A stretch of DNA of 64,000 bases. Origin: an uncultured Roseburia sp. (GTDB lineage: Bacteria; Bacillota; Clostridia; Lachnospirales; Lachnospiraceae). The notes below the pieces were generated by a model. The model had not been told where the DNA came from and made no database searches. It worked only from the letters and a program-made list of their open reading frames with translations. The stretch's first letter is position 1, and each line of letters starts with the position of its first letter. A program made the translations under genes and the position numbers. This document shows, piece after piece, positions 8,124-18,611 of this stretch. Location: the NCBI GenBank assembly GCA_947383215.1, contig CANDCP010000002.1, forward strand, positions 7,568-71,567. Reading direction: 5' to 3'.

Positions 8124-9764
8124 TTACGGGATTCTGAGCACCTGTCCGATCATTATCACATCGCTTGTCAGGCCGTTCAGTCGTTTGATCGCGTCTACTG
8201 TGGTGTTGTATTTGCGGGAGATCAGCCAGAGGCTGTCGCCGGGTTGCACGACATATGTTTTGCCGGCCCCGGGAGTATTCTGACCGATTCCCTGATACGT
8301 TTCGTAGAGCGCTTTCCAGGTGAGAGGTCCGACGAAACCGTCCGGATCTAAGCCCATTGTCTGTTGGAAGGCGATAACCGCCCGTCTCGTTTCATTTCCA
8401 AATATACCGTCCTGTGCGGGCGCCGGTACGCTCGGATAGTATTCGGAGATTACATTCAAAAGATACTGTAAAGTGATAACGTCCTGCCCTCGCTGTCCCT
8501 GGCGCAGGACGACGGAAGGGGGAACGGTTCCGATGCCGAGCGTAGTTCCCTCGCTGTCTAATTCCGCAAGTCTTGTCACAGCGGCGTACAGGCTGGAAAG
8601 TTTGTACCAGGTGCTCTTTCCGACAATGCCGTCTACACCCAGGTTAAAAATACTCTGGAATTTTCTTACCGCATCCCGCGTACTGTTTTGGAACATACCC
8701 GCTTCGTCCGTAATCGCTGGAATCGCGGGATAATTTTTGCGGATTCTATTCAGATACGTCTGAATCGTCTGTACGTCAAGTCCGATGCTGCCGACTTTCA
8801 GCGGAGTTCCCGGATAGGACGAGAGAACGTTTGTGATGATATTTGTCTCTGCAATTTCAATATCTTTGGGATAATATGAGCGCAGGATTTCGAGCGGAGT
8901 GAGTCCGCGGTCGGCCAGCGTTACGGTTCCCCACTGCGACAGGCCCTGACAGGTAGATGTAGTTCCGTTGCAGAAGGAGGTGAAATATGGGGCGAGCTGT
9001 CCCTGCCTGCGGACGTACTCGTTAAAAATTTCGTCTACAATCCGGCTGATGGAATCATAGATTGGGCGTCCGTATACAAAGTACTGGTCGTAGGCGGTGC
9101 TGTTGGTAATGTCAAAATTGTAGCCGCGGCTTTTGTACCACTCGGTATAAACGCGGTTCAATGCAAAAGTAATGATCGCGTAAATATTTGCCCGTAACGC
9201 CGCGGTTGGCCAGGTCGGATAAATTTCACTGCTCGCCACGTTTTTTACATAATCCGGAAAGGATACCTGTACGTTTGAGGCGGACGAGGAAGGCGTGCCT
9301 AAGTGTACGGTGATTGGATTCGGGATCACAACCTGGCGCAGTACATATGCCGACTGGGCGGCGCCTTCCTGATTGCGCGTTTCCGACATTGCGACGGCGG
9401 GTTTTCCGACCGATATTTCCGTCAGGGAAGGCCGGCGTTGCATTTGCTGCATCGGGATAAGCGTAAGCGGCAAAACGGCTGTTTCGCCGTCAAAAATAGG
9501 GATATCTGTTACATAGAGAGAATTAAAGCCGGATGCCTGGGCGAGAACGTTGTAGCTGATATACGGCGTTTCGGTGTAATATTGATTTTGAGAAAAGCCT
9601 TTATCCAATGTTTCCAGCGGGATTTTTTCGGTTTCGCCGCTCTCGTCTGTCGTCAGCGAATAGACTGTGTTTCCGAAATCATCCAGAACCCGAAGCTGCA
9701 CGCCGCCGAGAGGGACCGCGTCATGCGCAGTTCGGGTCTGCATGATTAAATAACCAATAGACAT
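8124..9764 (-). CDS. Peptidoglycan-binding protein (two PG_binding_1-like repeats plus a C-terminal LysM)
   Basis: LysM: YVVQPGDSLWLISRKYNTTVDAIKRLNGL. PG-binding repeats: DGIFGNETRRAVIAFQQTMGLDPDGFVGPLTW and DGIVGKSTWYKL. The central domain is reminiscent of SpoIID/LytB-type proteins (weak call). Confidence 0.75.
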   Translation of the reverse strand: MSIGYLIMQTRTAHDAVPLGGVQLRVLDDFGNTVYSLTTDESGETEKIPLETLDKGFSQNQYYTETPYISYNVLAQASGFNSLYVTDIPIFDGETAVLPLTLIPMQQMQRRPSLTEISVGKPAVAMSETRNQEGAAQSAYVLRQVVIPNPITVHLGTPSSSASNVQVSFPDYVKNVASSEIYPTWPTAALRANIYAIITFALNRVYTEWYKSRGYNFDITNSTAYDQYFVYGRPIYDSISRIVDEIFNEYVRRQGQLAPYFTSFCNGTTSTCQGLSQWGTVTLADRGLTPLEILRSYYPKDIEIAETNIITNVLSSYPGTPLKVGSIGLDVQTIQTYLNRIRKNYPAIPAITDEAGMFQNSTRDAVRKFQSIFNLGVDGIVGKSTWYKLSSLYAAVTRLAELDSEGTTLGIGTVPPSVVLRQGQRGQDVITLQYLLNVISEYYPSVPAPAQDGIFGNETRRAVIAFQQTMGLDPDGFVGPLTWKALYETYQGIGQNTPGAGKTYVVQPGDSLWLISRKYNTTVDAIKRLNGLTSDVIMIGQVLRIP

Positions 9765-9841
9765 AAATTGATATTCTCCTTTTTCCTGATGTTATAAAAT
9801 ATGTAGAAAAAGGAGGATAGTGACTCGTGATTGCGTAAAAA

Positions 9842-11578
9842 TTAATTTAAAGTATAGTAGACAACCTTATTGCCCAGAGAAACCGCAACGTAGAGAGAAC
9901 CGTCTCCCTGGAGCGCCTCCTCGGCCACCTCAAAAATCAATTCGCCGTCTTTGGATTCGCCCGGTTCTAAAGAGGTACTGTTGAGGCATCTGCTGTTGCT
10001 CATGGCGTCTACGCAGTCATAAAAGTTTTCGCGGTTTGTATCGGCAATCTGTACGATTGGGTCTTCCGCAACATAGTAAACCATCGGGAGGAAGGTGTCA
10101 GTTTCCGTTCCGATATTTTTAATTGTAAATTCTCCGCGCACGAACTGGCAGCCGTCTTTGGCTGTGTAGCGGAACATACCTTCGTCAAATTCTTTTACGG
10201 TCTGACTGGAGTGATACGTGATTTCCCAGTTGCCTAAAATAACGGATTCGTCTTTTTGAAGTTCAGAATTTAAGCCGACCGTATTGTCAAGCAGACTGGT
10301 ATAAGCGTCCGGCGTGTTAATATTGTGGTATATGTAGGCCAGAATGTCCGCGGAAGTAATTTCAGGATATTCGAGCGATTCCTCAGACAGATCTCTGAAA
10401 ATACTGGATGCGGGAGTCTCTGTAATATCGCCGAGATGGCGCAGCGGCGCGCCGGTCTTTGCGTCGTATAGATCGATGGCGGTAGTTGCATTTACCTGCT
10501 GGACTTTTGTTTCGTTTCCCGCGTTGTCCTGATAAAAATCTCCGTATTCGTAGGATGGCGTTAAAATGAGATAATAATCTGCCTCTTCTGGTGATTTCGG
10601 AAATTCTTCATCTGAAAGCTGCAGCATAAAATCGCCCATAAGCTGCAGGGTAGGCGGAGAGTTTTTAAATTCCTCTGTCTGTGTGTTCCGGTAAAAAGCG
10701 GCTACTTTTTTTCCTTCCAGCTCAATTGCTTCAGATGAGGTATCCGCCTCGCCGTCTTTTAGTTCCGGTCCGTCTGTGACGGCGACGGTCAGCTTGGTAG
10801 AAAAATACTTCTCTTCGTTCAACTCTGAGGCGGTTTTGAAATCGTCTGTGCCAAACTTTACTTCCAGCTCGGGAAGAATGGATTCGCGCAGATAACTGAC
10901 GTAGGTAAACGCATCCCCTGCCGCGCCCGTTCGCACATGATAAGGCTCCAAATAGCTATAAAAATACGCCGTTTTCCAGTCGTCCAACGTCCAGTCGTCG
11001 AAAAAGCCGAGGGCTTTCAGAGCGTCGTAGATTTCCGGTATTTTTGTCGGATTCGCTTTGACCCACTTGTCAACAGTATCGGTTATTTTACTGTTGTACC
11101 CGGCGTCTGCGGGAACGTCGTTTAACAGATGTGTAAGTGTCTCGCCGTCAAGATTGTCTGCGGCCGCAAATACGGGTTCCATGCATTCGTACGGGTAGAA
11201 GGCGTCCTCGAAAGCCGCAAAAAAGTTTTCGCCCTCAGATTTCGCCTTTGCGAGATAGTTGTTTGCATATTCCGCGCTGATTGGATAATGAAACAGGAAC
11301 TGGGAATCTTCCCCCTCGTAGTTCTGGTATTCGGCTGCGGATAAAAGAGAGACGGCCTTAAACTGTTGGCTTAAGGTACTATCGGAGGAGCCGGCTTCCG
11401 CCTTCAGAGCCTCCATATCAAAATCGCCGGCGTGCTCTTTCACATAATCATTGAAATTTCCGGCCGATTTTGCATCGTCCCAGTAAGAATCGCCCGTCGT
11501 AGACTTTGCGCTTTGACATGCCGTCAGGCATACAAGCGAAAGACAGGCGGCAGCAAATAATGATTTTCTTTTCATCAT
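9842..11578 (-). CDS. Lipoprotein of unknown function
   Basis: Signal with lipobox LTAC (MMKRKSLFAAACLSLVCLTACQS). The mature part is acidic. The C-terminus looks like an Ig-like beta-sandwich (FTIKNIGTETDTF ... GESKDGELIFEV). Confidence 0.7.
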   Translation of the reverse strand: MMKRKSLFAAACLSLVCLTACQSAKSTTGDSYWDDAKSAGNFNDYVKEHAGDFDMEALKAEAGSSDSTLSQQFKAVSLLSAAEYQNYEGEDSQFLFHYPISAEYANNYLAKAKSEGENFFAAFEDAFYPYECMEPVFAAADNLDGETLTHLLNDVPADAGYNSKITDTVDKWVKANPTKIPEIYDALKALGFFDDWTLDDWKTAYFYSYLEPYHVRTGAAGDAFTYVSYLRESILPELEVKFGTDDFKTASELNEEKYFSTKLTVAVTDGPELKDGEADTSSEAIELEGKKVAAFYRNTQTEEFKNSPPTLQLMGDFMLQLSDEEFPKSPEEADYYLILTPSYEYGDFYQDNAGNETKVQQVNATTAIDLYDAKTGAPLRHLGDITETPASSIFRDLSEESLEYPEITSADILAYIYHNINTPDAYTSLLDNTVGLNSELQKDESVILGNWEITYHSSQTVKEFDEGMFRYTAKDGCQFVRGEFTIKNIGTETDTFLPMVYYVAEDPIVQIADTNRENFYDCVDAMSNSRCLNSTSLEPGESKDGELIFEVAEEALQGDGSLYVAVSLGNKVVYYTLN

Positions 11579-11752
11579 CTTGATTTCCTTTCTTTTTCAT
11601 TTCGTTTCGACAAGATATATTATACCGTTTAAATTTTCCGTGTGTCAACACAGAGGTAATAATATAATTTAAGTTCCGCGTTCGATTTTACTTGTAGGTT
11701 TGACGAAAAAAGAGTATTCTATAAGAAGAATGACATGCTGGGGGAAGAGCCT

Positions 11753-13876
11753 ATGAGAAAAATCAGAAAAAAGAGAATTTGGATTGTATTTGCAGCGACG
11801 CTGTTACTGTGTATATGCCGGGGGACGCTGTCGAGGGCGGACGCCGGAACGCAGGAGAAGGCCGTGCGCGTCGGCTATTATATATTGGACGGATTTCAGG
11901 AGCGCGACGATAACGGGAATTATACGGGTTACGCTTATGATTATTATGCGGAAATTGCACAGTATACAGGATGGGAATATGAATTTGTGGAGGGCAGCTA
12001 TGAGGACTGTCTCAATATGCTTATTAACGGTGAAATAGACATAATGAGCGGCCTGGATGTGATTGGAGATTTCAGAGAAAAGCTGGAGTTTTCCAATCAC
12101 AGCATGGGGACGACACAGCCGGAGCTCTACGCTATGGCAGACGACGAAGAGCTTACGTATGACGACTATGAGGCGTTTGACAAAAAGAGAGTCGGCGTGC
12201 CGAGAGAGAGCGACAGAGAAGATGTGCTGGACGAATACTGCGAGAGCCGTGGAATCTCGCTGGAAAAAGTGTATGCGAAGGACGATGAGAGTCTTGACGT
12301 TATGCTTCAGAAGGGCGAAATAGATATGGTTTTTTCCGGCAGAGCGCAGAATTTGTCCGGCAGAAAGGCTTTAATGTACTTTGACGCGAAACCGGCATAT
12401 TTTGTGACGGGCAAGGGCAGTCCCCTGATGATGGAAATGAATGAAACTATGGAAAGGATTATGTTAAATTCTCCGGAGTTTCAGTTGGACCTGAATGAAA
12501 AATATCTCGACGCGCTTACGCAGGAATTGCCCAATTTTACAAAGCAGGAAATGGAATATATTGCATCGGCTCCCGCTTTAAAGGTGGTATACGATCCAAG
12601 CTGGGAGCCGATCGAGTATTATAACGAAAAGAGCGGGGAGTACGACGGAATTTCCGCGGATCTGTTTGCCCTGGTTGAGAAATATTCCGGTCTGCATTTT
12701 GAATATATACGCACGGAGAACTTTTCTGAAGCGCTGGAGTGCGTCAGAGAGGGCAAAGCGGATATTCTGACCGGAATTACCAGAAGCTACAGCTGGGGCA
12801 AAGAGTGCAATGTTTATCTGACGAATTCCTATCTGGAGGCGCCGGTTGCTTTGATTGCGCAGAGTGTCGACATGCAGGACGGAATCCGCAGGCTTGCGCT
12901 GCCGCGGGATTACTATATTACCGGGCAGCTGGAGCGGCAGTATGGCAAAGAGGCGATTACTTATTATGATTCCGTGGAGGAGTGCGTGAAAGCGGTGTCG
13001 GACGGACGGGCGGATGCGACTTACGCGAACAGTTATGTAGCCAATTCCTATCTGAACCGGGGGGAATTTCGCAAGCTGCGTCTGGTCGAACTGAGCGTAT
13101 ACGCGGGCAATATCTCGGCGGCGGTCTCAAAACAGTGCGATCCGCGGCTGCTTAGCGTTATCAATAAATCGCTGAATTGCGTGCCGAACTCAAAGATGGA
13201 CGAAATTCTTTTGAACAATATGTTGAAAAAGAGAAGTATGCGTCCGTTGCAGGATTTTATTTATGAAAATCCGATGGATGCCGTTTTGATCATGTTTTTG
13301 ACTGCCTGTTTTATCATGGCGGTTCTCGCCTATATTGTCTGGTTAAAATACCGAAGTGAGAGAAAGATTAAAGAGACGTCCAGAATCGACGGTCTGACAG
13401 GACTTTATAACCGTATGGAGACAGAGCGTCTGGTGCGCGCAAGGCTTGAGGAGGCGGAGCGGCGAAATAAAAAGCTTTTGATTCTCTCGCTGGATCTCGA
13501 TAATTTTAAACAGGTAAACGATACGTATGGCCACTTGGAAGGCGATGTTTTGCTTCAGAATGTAGCCCGGACGTTTCAGGAGAATGTGGGAGCCGGTCAT
13601 ATTGTGGGACGTATGGGAGGCGACGAGTTTTTAATCTGTATTCCCAAAATACATGACGACAAAGAGGTTGTATTCTGGGCGGAGAAAATGGCGGGAGCAA
13701 TTGCGCTGCTTAGTCAGAGCAAGGCGGAGTGGAATAAGATTTCCGTCAGTATCGGGCTTGTAGTGGCAGACGGAAAAGCGGCAGAGAGCTTTGAAGCTCT
13801 TTATCAGCGCGTAGATGAAGCGCTGTATCAGGCCAAGAATGCAGGCAAGAATTGTTATCGAATCTATAAAAGATAA
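11753..13876 (+). CDS. Membrane diguanylate cyclase with two periplasmic solute-binding (SBP_bac_3-like) domains
   Basis: RBS gggggaag. Signal sequence, two tandem SBP-like domains, one TM helix, then a GGDEF domain (RIDGLTGLYNR ... GRMGGDEFLI). Confidence 0.9.
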   Translation: MRKIRKKRIWIVFAATLLLCICRGTLSRADAGTQEKAVRVGYYILDGFQERDDNGNYTGYAYDYYAEIAQYTGWEYEFVEGSYEDCLNMLINGEIDIMSGLDVIGDFREKLEFSNHSMGTTQPELYAMADDEELTYDDYEAFDKKRVGVPRESDREDVLDEYCESRGISLEKVYAKDDESLDVMLQKGEIDMVFSGRAQNLSGRKALMYFDAKPAYFVTGKGSPLMMEMNETMERIMLNSPEFQLDLNEKYLDALTQELPNFTKQEMEYIASAPALKVVYDPSWEPIEYYNEKSGEYDGISADLFALVEKYSGLHFEYIRTENFSEALECVREGKADILTGITRSYSWGKECNVYLTNSYLEAPVALIAQSVDMQDGIRRLALPRDYYITGQLERQYGKEAITYYDSVEECVKAVSDGRADATYANSYVANSYLNRGEFRKLRLVELSVYAGNISAAVSKQCDPRLLSVINKSLNCVPNSKMDEILLNNMLKKRSMRPLQDFIYENPMDAVLIMFLTACFIMAVLAYIVWLKYRSERKIKETSRIDGLTGLYNRMETERLVRARLEEAERRNKKLLILSLDLDNFKQVNDTYGHLEGDVLLQNVARTFQENVGAGHIVGRMGGDEFLICIPKIHDDKEVVFWAEKMAGAIALLSQSKAEWNKISVSIGLVVADGKAAESFEALYQRVDEALYQAKNAGKNCYRIYKR

Positions 13877-13896
13877 AGGACAGAAAGGGAAAGGAT

Positions 13897-14493
13897 ATGA
13901 GGCAGGAAGACGAAAACATACAGGAGAATGCACAGGATGGAGGAAGGGAGGGTCATACCGTCAAAAATGTTTTGAGAGAAATCGCAAGCTGGGCGCTGAC
14001 GATTGCAGCGGCAGTCATACTTGCATTCTTTTTAAACAGGGTGGTTTTGATCAATGCCAGGATTCCGTCGGGGTCTATGGAAAACACCATTATGGAGGGC
14101 GACAGATTGTTTGGACTTCGTCTGGCGTACACCTTTACGGAACCTAAGCGGGGGGATATTGTGATATTTAAGTATCCCGACGATGAGACGCAAAATTATG
14201 TGAAACGTGTAGTCGGACTGCCGGGAGAGACTGTGGATATCCGGGAAGCGAAAGTGTATATCGACGGATCGGATACGCCGCTGGAAGAGGATTATCTGAA
14301 AGAAGAATGGGTAAAAGAGACAGGGCCGTATCATTTTGAGATACCGCAGGACTGTTATCTGATGCTGGGGGATAACCGGAATAATTCGTGGGACGCGAGA
14401 TACTGGGTAAATACGTATGTTTCGAAGGAAGAAATATTGGGAAAGGCGTGGGTTCGTTATTATCCGCTGCCGACGTTTGGGTTGTTAAAATAA
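13897..14493 (+). CDS. lepB: Signal peptidase I
   Basis: Catalytic boxes PSGSMENTI, KRVVGLPGETV and GDNRNNSWDARYW, with an N-terminal TM anchor. Confidence 0.9.
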   Translation: MRQEDENIQENAQDGGREGHTVKNVLREIASWALTIAAAVILAFFLNRVVLINARIPSGSMENTIMEGDRLFGLRLAYTFTEPKRGDIVIFKYPDDETQNYVKRVVGLPGETVDIREAKVYIDGSDTPLEEDYLKEEWVKETGPYHFEIPQDCYLMLGDNRNNSWDARYWVNTYVSKEEILGKAWVRYYPLPTFGLLK

Positions 14494-14552
14494 AAAAGCA
14501 GGCGATCATGCCGTTGAGATAATTCCGGAACACTTGAGCCTGATCACAACAA

Positions 14553-14583
14553 GGGGGAATCGGCATTAGCCGATTCCCCCTTT
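14553..14583. terminator. Bidirectional intrinsic terminator between convergent genes
   Basis: Perfect 12-bp stem gggggaatcggc / gccgattccccc with loop atta, followed by ttt on the + strand. The other strand has a T-rich flank. Confidence 0.75.
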
Positions 14584-14603
14584 AACAGTGACTTTTTATT
14601 TTC

Positions 14604-16622
14604 TTATGGGTTTTCCGTCTCCGCTTTCTCGTCGTGATATGTCATCTCATTTGAGCTTCTGAAAACGGTACTGCTGGATCCTACAATGTTAGCCGTTATG
14701 ATATCTCCGTCGTTTAAATCCTCTCTGTTGACGCGCAGGATAGAACTCGAAACGAAGGTGGTAGGTATTTTGGAACCGTTTGCGTATATCTTTGTCCATG
14801 GCGTAAAATTGGAGCCGTAGATACATACTCTGTCATTAAAGGAGTTCCATATATTTGTGATTGTAACATCATCCACACCCATAACGAGTTCGCTGGCAGG
14901 ATATTTGTCTTCGCCGTCGTATGCATAGCGTTTGCCGTAAAGCAGATCATACTGAAGATTTTCAAAGTCCTTTGAATAGGCAGGAGAGTCCTTTTGCGTC
15001 TGCATAAATGTAAACATTGTTCCCTCATGAATTCCTATCTGATCCAAAGAATTTGCAAGGAGCTCATAGGAAGCAAGGTCGCGGTCGGATTTCTCTAAGC
15101 CGAAATTATTCCAGGTCACATATTTGGTTTTAAAGATATCTCCGGAAGCCATATCCGTATCTTCCAGTCCCATTGTCGGGAGGTGGTCGCCAAAGAAAAC
15201 GATCATAGTTTTTTCGTCGCGCTTGGAAACCTCTTCAATCAGGTTGGCAATAAACTTATCTACCTCATGGATCATATTCACGTAATATTCCCAGCTGTTT
15301 GTCTTGCCCTCGTCGGCCGCGCCGCTGACTTTGATCTGCGGGTTGGAAAGAATTTTCTCTTCCGGATAATTGCCGTGTCCCTGTACGGTGATGGTATAAA
15401 CAAAATCGGGGCGGTCAGGGGTGGAATCCATTGCCTTAATTGTTTCGCTAATCAGTATATCGTCGGTCGGCCAGTCTCCGAGCGGAGTGTATTCCTGAAT
15501 GTTCATACATTCTTTGCTTGTGAACGTATCAAATCCCATTCTGGAAAACGCGTTCGCGCGGCTGTAAAAATTTCCCCCGTTGTTGTGCACTACATGGGAG
15601 CCATATCCGATCGAGGATAAATCGGAGGCGACACTTTCACAGTCCGTCTGTTTTAGCGTTGTTTTATAAGGATATTCGCCGGTGCCGAAGTACTGAAGGC
15701 TCATGCCGGTTAAAATTTCAAACTCTGTATTGGCGGTTCCCGCGCCTACAACGGGAACGGTTAAGTGTCCGGAAGTGTAATTTTCATAGAGAGAATGAAA
15801 ATTCGGAACCGGGTCTTTGGAGAAATTTAAAAAGTTTACGTCGTAAGGGTCGATAAAGGATTCCAACAATACAACGATGATATTAGGGGCATCCTCCGCA
15901 GTGACGGATGTTTTCTTTTTGGAATCATTTACGGCAGTCTGAATTTCCTTTATGGTATCCTCAGAATAATCGTCCGGTTTTTTCATGCCCCGGTCGACGA
16001 CGCTGGAGGAAAATCCGTATACGAATCCGTAATTTTCATATCCCTGTGCGATGTTTGAAAAGTAAGAAGCCACGATATTTGTGCTCTGAGCAGCCTTTGT
16101 TGTCAGAGGCAGCAGGAAGCAGCTTGCCAGCACGCACAGCGGGGTCAAATATTTGTGTGTTTTTCCCTGGAACTTTGGCCCTTTTATAAACATCCAGATA
16201 CAAAAAGCGATAAAGGAACCGACGATACCTACAACGAGAACGGCTTCTTTCACCGTGAAGTAATTGGTATTCTGCATTGCGAATAAATCCGACAGGCATT
16301 TCAAATCCGTAAATCCGAACGGTGTGACGCGTTTTGCGAGAATACATCCGTTGACGATGCCGAGAAACAGCCAGAATCCGCTTACCAGCAGCCTTACCAG
16401 CGCTCTTCTGCGCACGAGGTACGCAAGCGAAAGGCTTGTGAATATAATAAAAGAATTATACAGGTAAGCCCCGGTGTGTCCGCCGACAAACGTCAGGGCG
16501 GAGAAAAAGGAACGTCTTGAAATACACTCAATGATAAAACAGAGCAGACATGCAAGAATTCCATGAAAAATAAGAGAATATTTATTCAGATATTTCACAG
16601 CATTACTTCGAAAAGAACTCAT
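14604..16622 (-). CDS. LTA synthase-family (sulfatase-type) membrane protein
   Basis: ATG with an aaggagg RBS; the track start is 18 nt further upstream. N-terminal multi-TM region, then a sulfatase/alkaline-phosphatase fold (NIIVVLLESF, GTANTEFEILTG) plus an extra C-terminal beta-rich domain. Confidence 0.85.
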   Translation of the reverse strand: MSSFRSNAVKYLNKYSLIFHGILACLLCFIIECISRRSFFSALTFVGGHTGAYLYNSFIIFTSLSLAYLVRRRALVRLLVSGFWLFLGIVNGCILAKRVTPFGFTDLKCLSDLFAMQNTNYFTVKEAVLVVGIVGSFIAFCIWMFIKGPKFQGKTHKYLTPLCVLASCFLLPLTTKAAQSTNIVASYFSNIAQGYENYGFVYGFSSSVVDRGMKKPDDYSEDTIKEIQTAVNDSKKKTSVTAEDAPNIIVVLLESFIDPYDVNFLNFSKDPVPNFHSLYENYTSGHLTVPVVGAGTANTEFEILTGMSLQYFGTGEYPYKTTLKQTDCESVASDLSSIGYGSHVVHNNGGNFYSRANAFSRMGFDTFTSKECMNIQEYTPLGDWPTDDILISETIKAMDSTPDRPDFVYTITVQGHGNYPEEKILSNPQIKVSGAADEGKTNSWEYYVNMIHEVDKFIANLIEEVSKRDEKTMIVFFGDHLPTMGLEDTDMASGDIFKTKYVTWNNFGLEKSDRDLASYELLANSLDQIGIHEGTMFTFMQTQKDSPAYSKDFENLQYDLLYGKRYAYDGEDKYPASELVMGVDDVTITNIWNSFNDRVCIYGSNFTPWTKIYANGSKIPTTFVSSSILRVNREDLNDGDIITANIVGSSSTVFRSSNEMTYHDEKAETENP

Positions 16623-16881
16623 ATAACAATCCTCCTTCATTTCTATTATCTATATCCTGCATATACCGCAGGTAAATCATATGTGAGAACCATATCAACT
16701 ATGCTTGAAACAGAATAAATCCAAATTGTAAAAAAAGCAACGGTAATCTTTGATAAAATTTTATTAAGTTTTCCTTAAAAACAATCAATTCTGCATAATA
16801 TGAAAGTTGGCAAAATGAAAAAATTATGATATGCTTTTGCTGGTAATGATTATTGAATATAGAGCAGACGAGGAAAAAAGG

Positions 16882-17610
16882 ATGTTGGAATTAAGGAATA
16901 TCAGTTTTCAGGTAAACGATGAAAACGACAAGGATAAAGAAATATTGAAGGATATTAATTTGACGATACAGGAGCGTTTCGTTGCGGTGACGGGGCCGAA
17001 TGGGGGAGGAAAATCTACGCTTGCAAAGATGATTGCGGGAATTATCCGGCCGACCGGCGGGCAGATTCTTTTAGACGGCAAGGATATTACGGATATGACT
17101 GTGACGGAGCGGGCGAGAGCGGGGGTGAGCTTCGCGTTTCAGCAGCCGGTCCGTTTTAAGGGACTGACGGTCCGGGATCTTATCACGCTTGCGGCGGGAA
17201 AAAGTATTTCGGTGTCACAGGCGTGCTCGTATTTGTCTGAGGTCGGTCTGTGCGCAAAAGATTATATTGACCGCGAAGTGAACGCAAGCCTCTCGGGCGG
17301 GGAGCTGAAGCGGATTGAGATCGCAATGGTAATTGCGAGGGGGACGAAGCTTTCTATTTTTGACGAGCCGGAGGCTGGGATTGATCTGTGGAGTTTTCAT
17401 AATCTGATACAGGTCTTTGAGGGACTTCATAAGAAAATTAACGGTTCTATTTTAATTATTTCCCATCAGGAGCGTATATTAAATATTGCGGATAAAATCA
17501 TTGTGCTTGCGAACGGCGAGGTCAGCGCGATGGGGACTAAGGACGAGGTGATGCCAAAGCTTCTTGGGACGTCGGAGGCATGCTCCACGCTGATGAATAA
17601 GATTGTTTGA
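16882..17610 (+). CDS. sufC: SufC-like Fe-S cluster assembly ATPase
   Basis: ATG with a gaggaaaaaagg RBS. Walker A GPNGGGKST, signature LSGGELKRIEIAMV, Walker B LSIFDEPEAGID. A SufB/D-like gene follows. Confidence 0.75.
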   Translation: MLELRNISFQVNDENDKDKEILKDINLTIQERFVAVTGPNGGGKSTLAKMIAGIIRPTGGQILLDGKDITDMTVTERARAGVSFAFQQPVRFKGLTVRDLITLAAGKSISVSQACSYLSEVGLCAKDYIDREVNASLSGGELKRIEIAMVIARGTKLSIFDEPEAGIDLWSFHNLIQVFEGLHKKINGSILIISHQERILNIADKIIVLANGEVSAMGTKDEVMPKLLGTSEACSTLMNKIV

Positions 17611-17654
17611 TTTTGCGCGGCGATAAAATAAGACGAAATGGATAGGTGAGAAAG

Positions 17655-18572
17655 ATGGATCAGATACAAAAAAGCTTGCTGGCCCAGGTGGCGGACTTGC
17701 ATAAGACGCCGGAGGGGGCTTATAATATAAGGTCGAACGGAAAATTAGAGGGCAGGAAAACGACGGCGAACATTGATATTGTGACAAAAGAAGATAAGCC
17801 GGGAATTGATATTTTTATTAAGCCGGGTACGAAAAACGAGAGTATGCATATACCGGTTATCTTAAGTGAAAGCGGCCTGAAAGATCTTGTATATAACGAT
17901 TTTTACGTCGGTGAAAATGCGGATGTGACAATTATTGCCGGGTGCGGCATTCACAATTGCGGGGTGGATACGTCAGAGCACGACGGTATCCATACGTTTC
18001 ATATTGGAAAAAATGCGAGGCTGCGCTATGTAGAAAAGCATTACGGGGAAGGCGAGGGGGAGGGCGAGCGTATTTTAAATCCGACGACCGTGATTCATAT
18101 AGAAGAGGGCGGTTATATGGAGATGGAATCCGTTCAGATAAAAGGCGTTGATTCGACGGAGCGCGTCACGGAGGCGGACTTAGAGGAAGGGGCGACGCTG
18201 ATTGTGAAGGAGAAGCTTATGACGCACGGAAAACAAAAAGCCGTCAGTAAGTTTACGGTCGATTTAAACGGAGAAAATTCAAGTGCGAATGTGATTTCAC
18301 GCTCCGTCGCAAAGGGAGAGTCCGAGCAGACATTTATCTCGCATCTGAATGGAAATAACAAGTGTGCCGGACACACAGAGTGCGACGGAATTATCATGGA
18401 CGCGGCTAAAGTAAATGCGATACCGTCCCTGTCGGCGGCGAATCTGGACGCGAGCCTGATTCACGAGGCTGCGATCGGTAAGATCGCGGGGGAGCAGTTA
18501 ATGAAACTGATGACGCTTGGGCTGACAGAGCAGGAGGCCGAGGAGCAGATCGTAAACGGCTTTTTGAAGTAA
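17655..18572 (+). CDS. SufB/SufD-family protein
   Basis: C-terminal LIHEAAIGKIAGEQLMKLMTLGLTEQEAEEQIVNGFL resembles the conserved SufB/D tail. The gene is adjacent to the SufC-like ATPase. Confidence 0.7.
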   Translation: MDQIQKSLLAQVADLHKTPEGAYNIRSNGKLEGRKTTANIDIVTKEDKPGIDIFIKPGTKNESMHIPVILSESGLKDLVYNDFYVGENADVTIIAGCGIHNCGVDTSEHDGIHTFHIGKNARLRYVEKHYGEGEGEGERILNPTTVIHIEEGGYMEMESVQIKGVDSTERVTEADLEEGATLIVKEKLMTHGKQKAVSKFTVDLNGENSSANVISRSVAKGESEQTFISHLNGNNKCAGHTECDGIIMDAAKVNAIPSLSAANLDASLIHEAAIGKIAGEQLMKLMTLGLTEQEAEEQIVNGFLK

Positions 18573-18611
18573 AATCATATTTTCGGCAATTTGTGCGGGA
18601 AAGGAGGAAGC

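Noticed and set aside
8109-8351. An 80-aa + strand ORF overlapping the 3' end of the LysM/PG-binding gene, plus other 60-150-aa track ORFs nested inside larger genes throughout the window.
   Set aside because: Each is fully nested in, or antisense to, a motif-supported gene, and none has its own RBS or recognisable domain.
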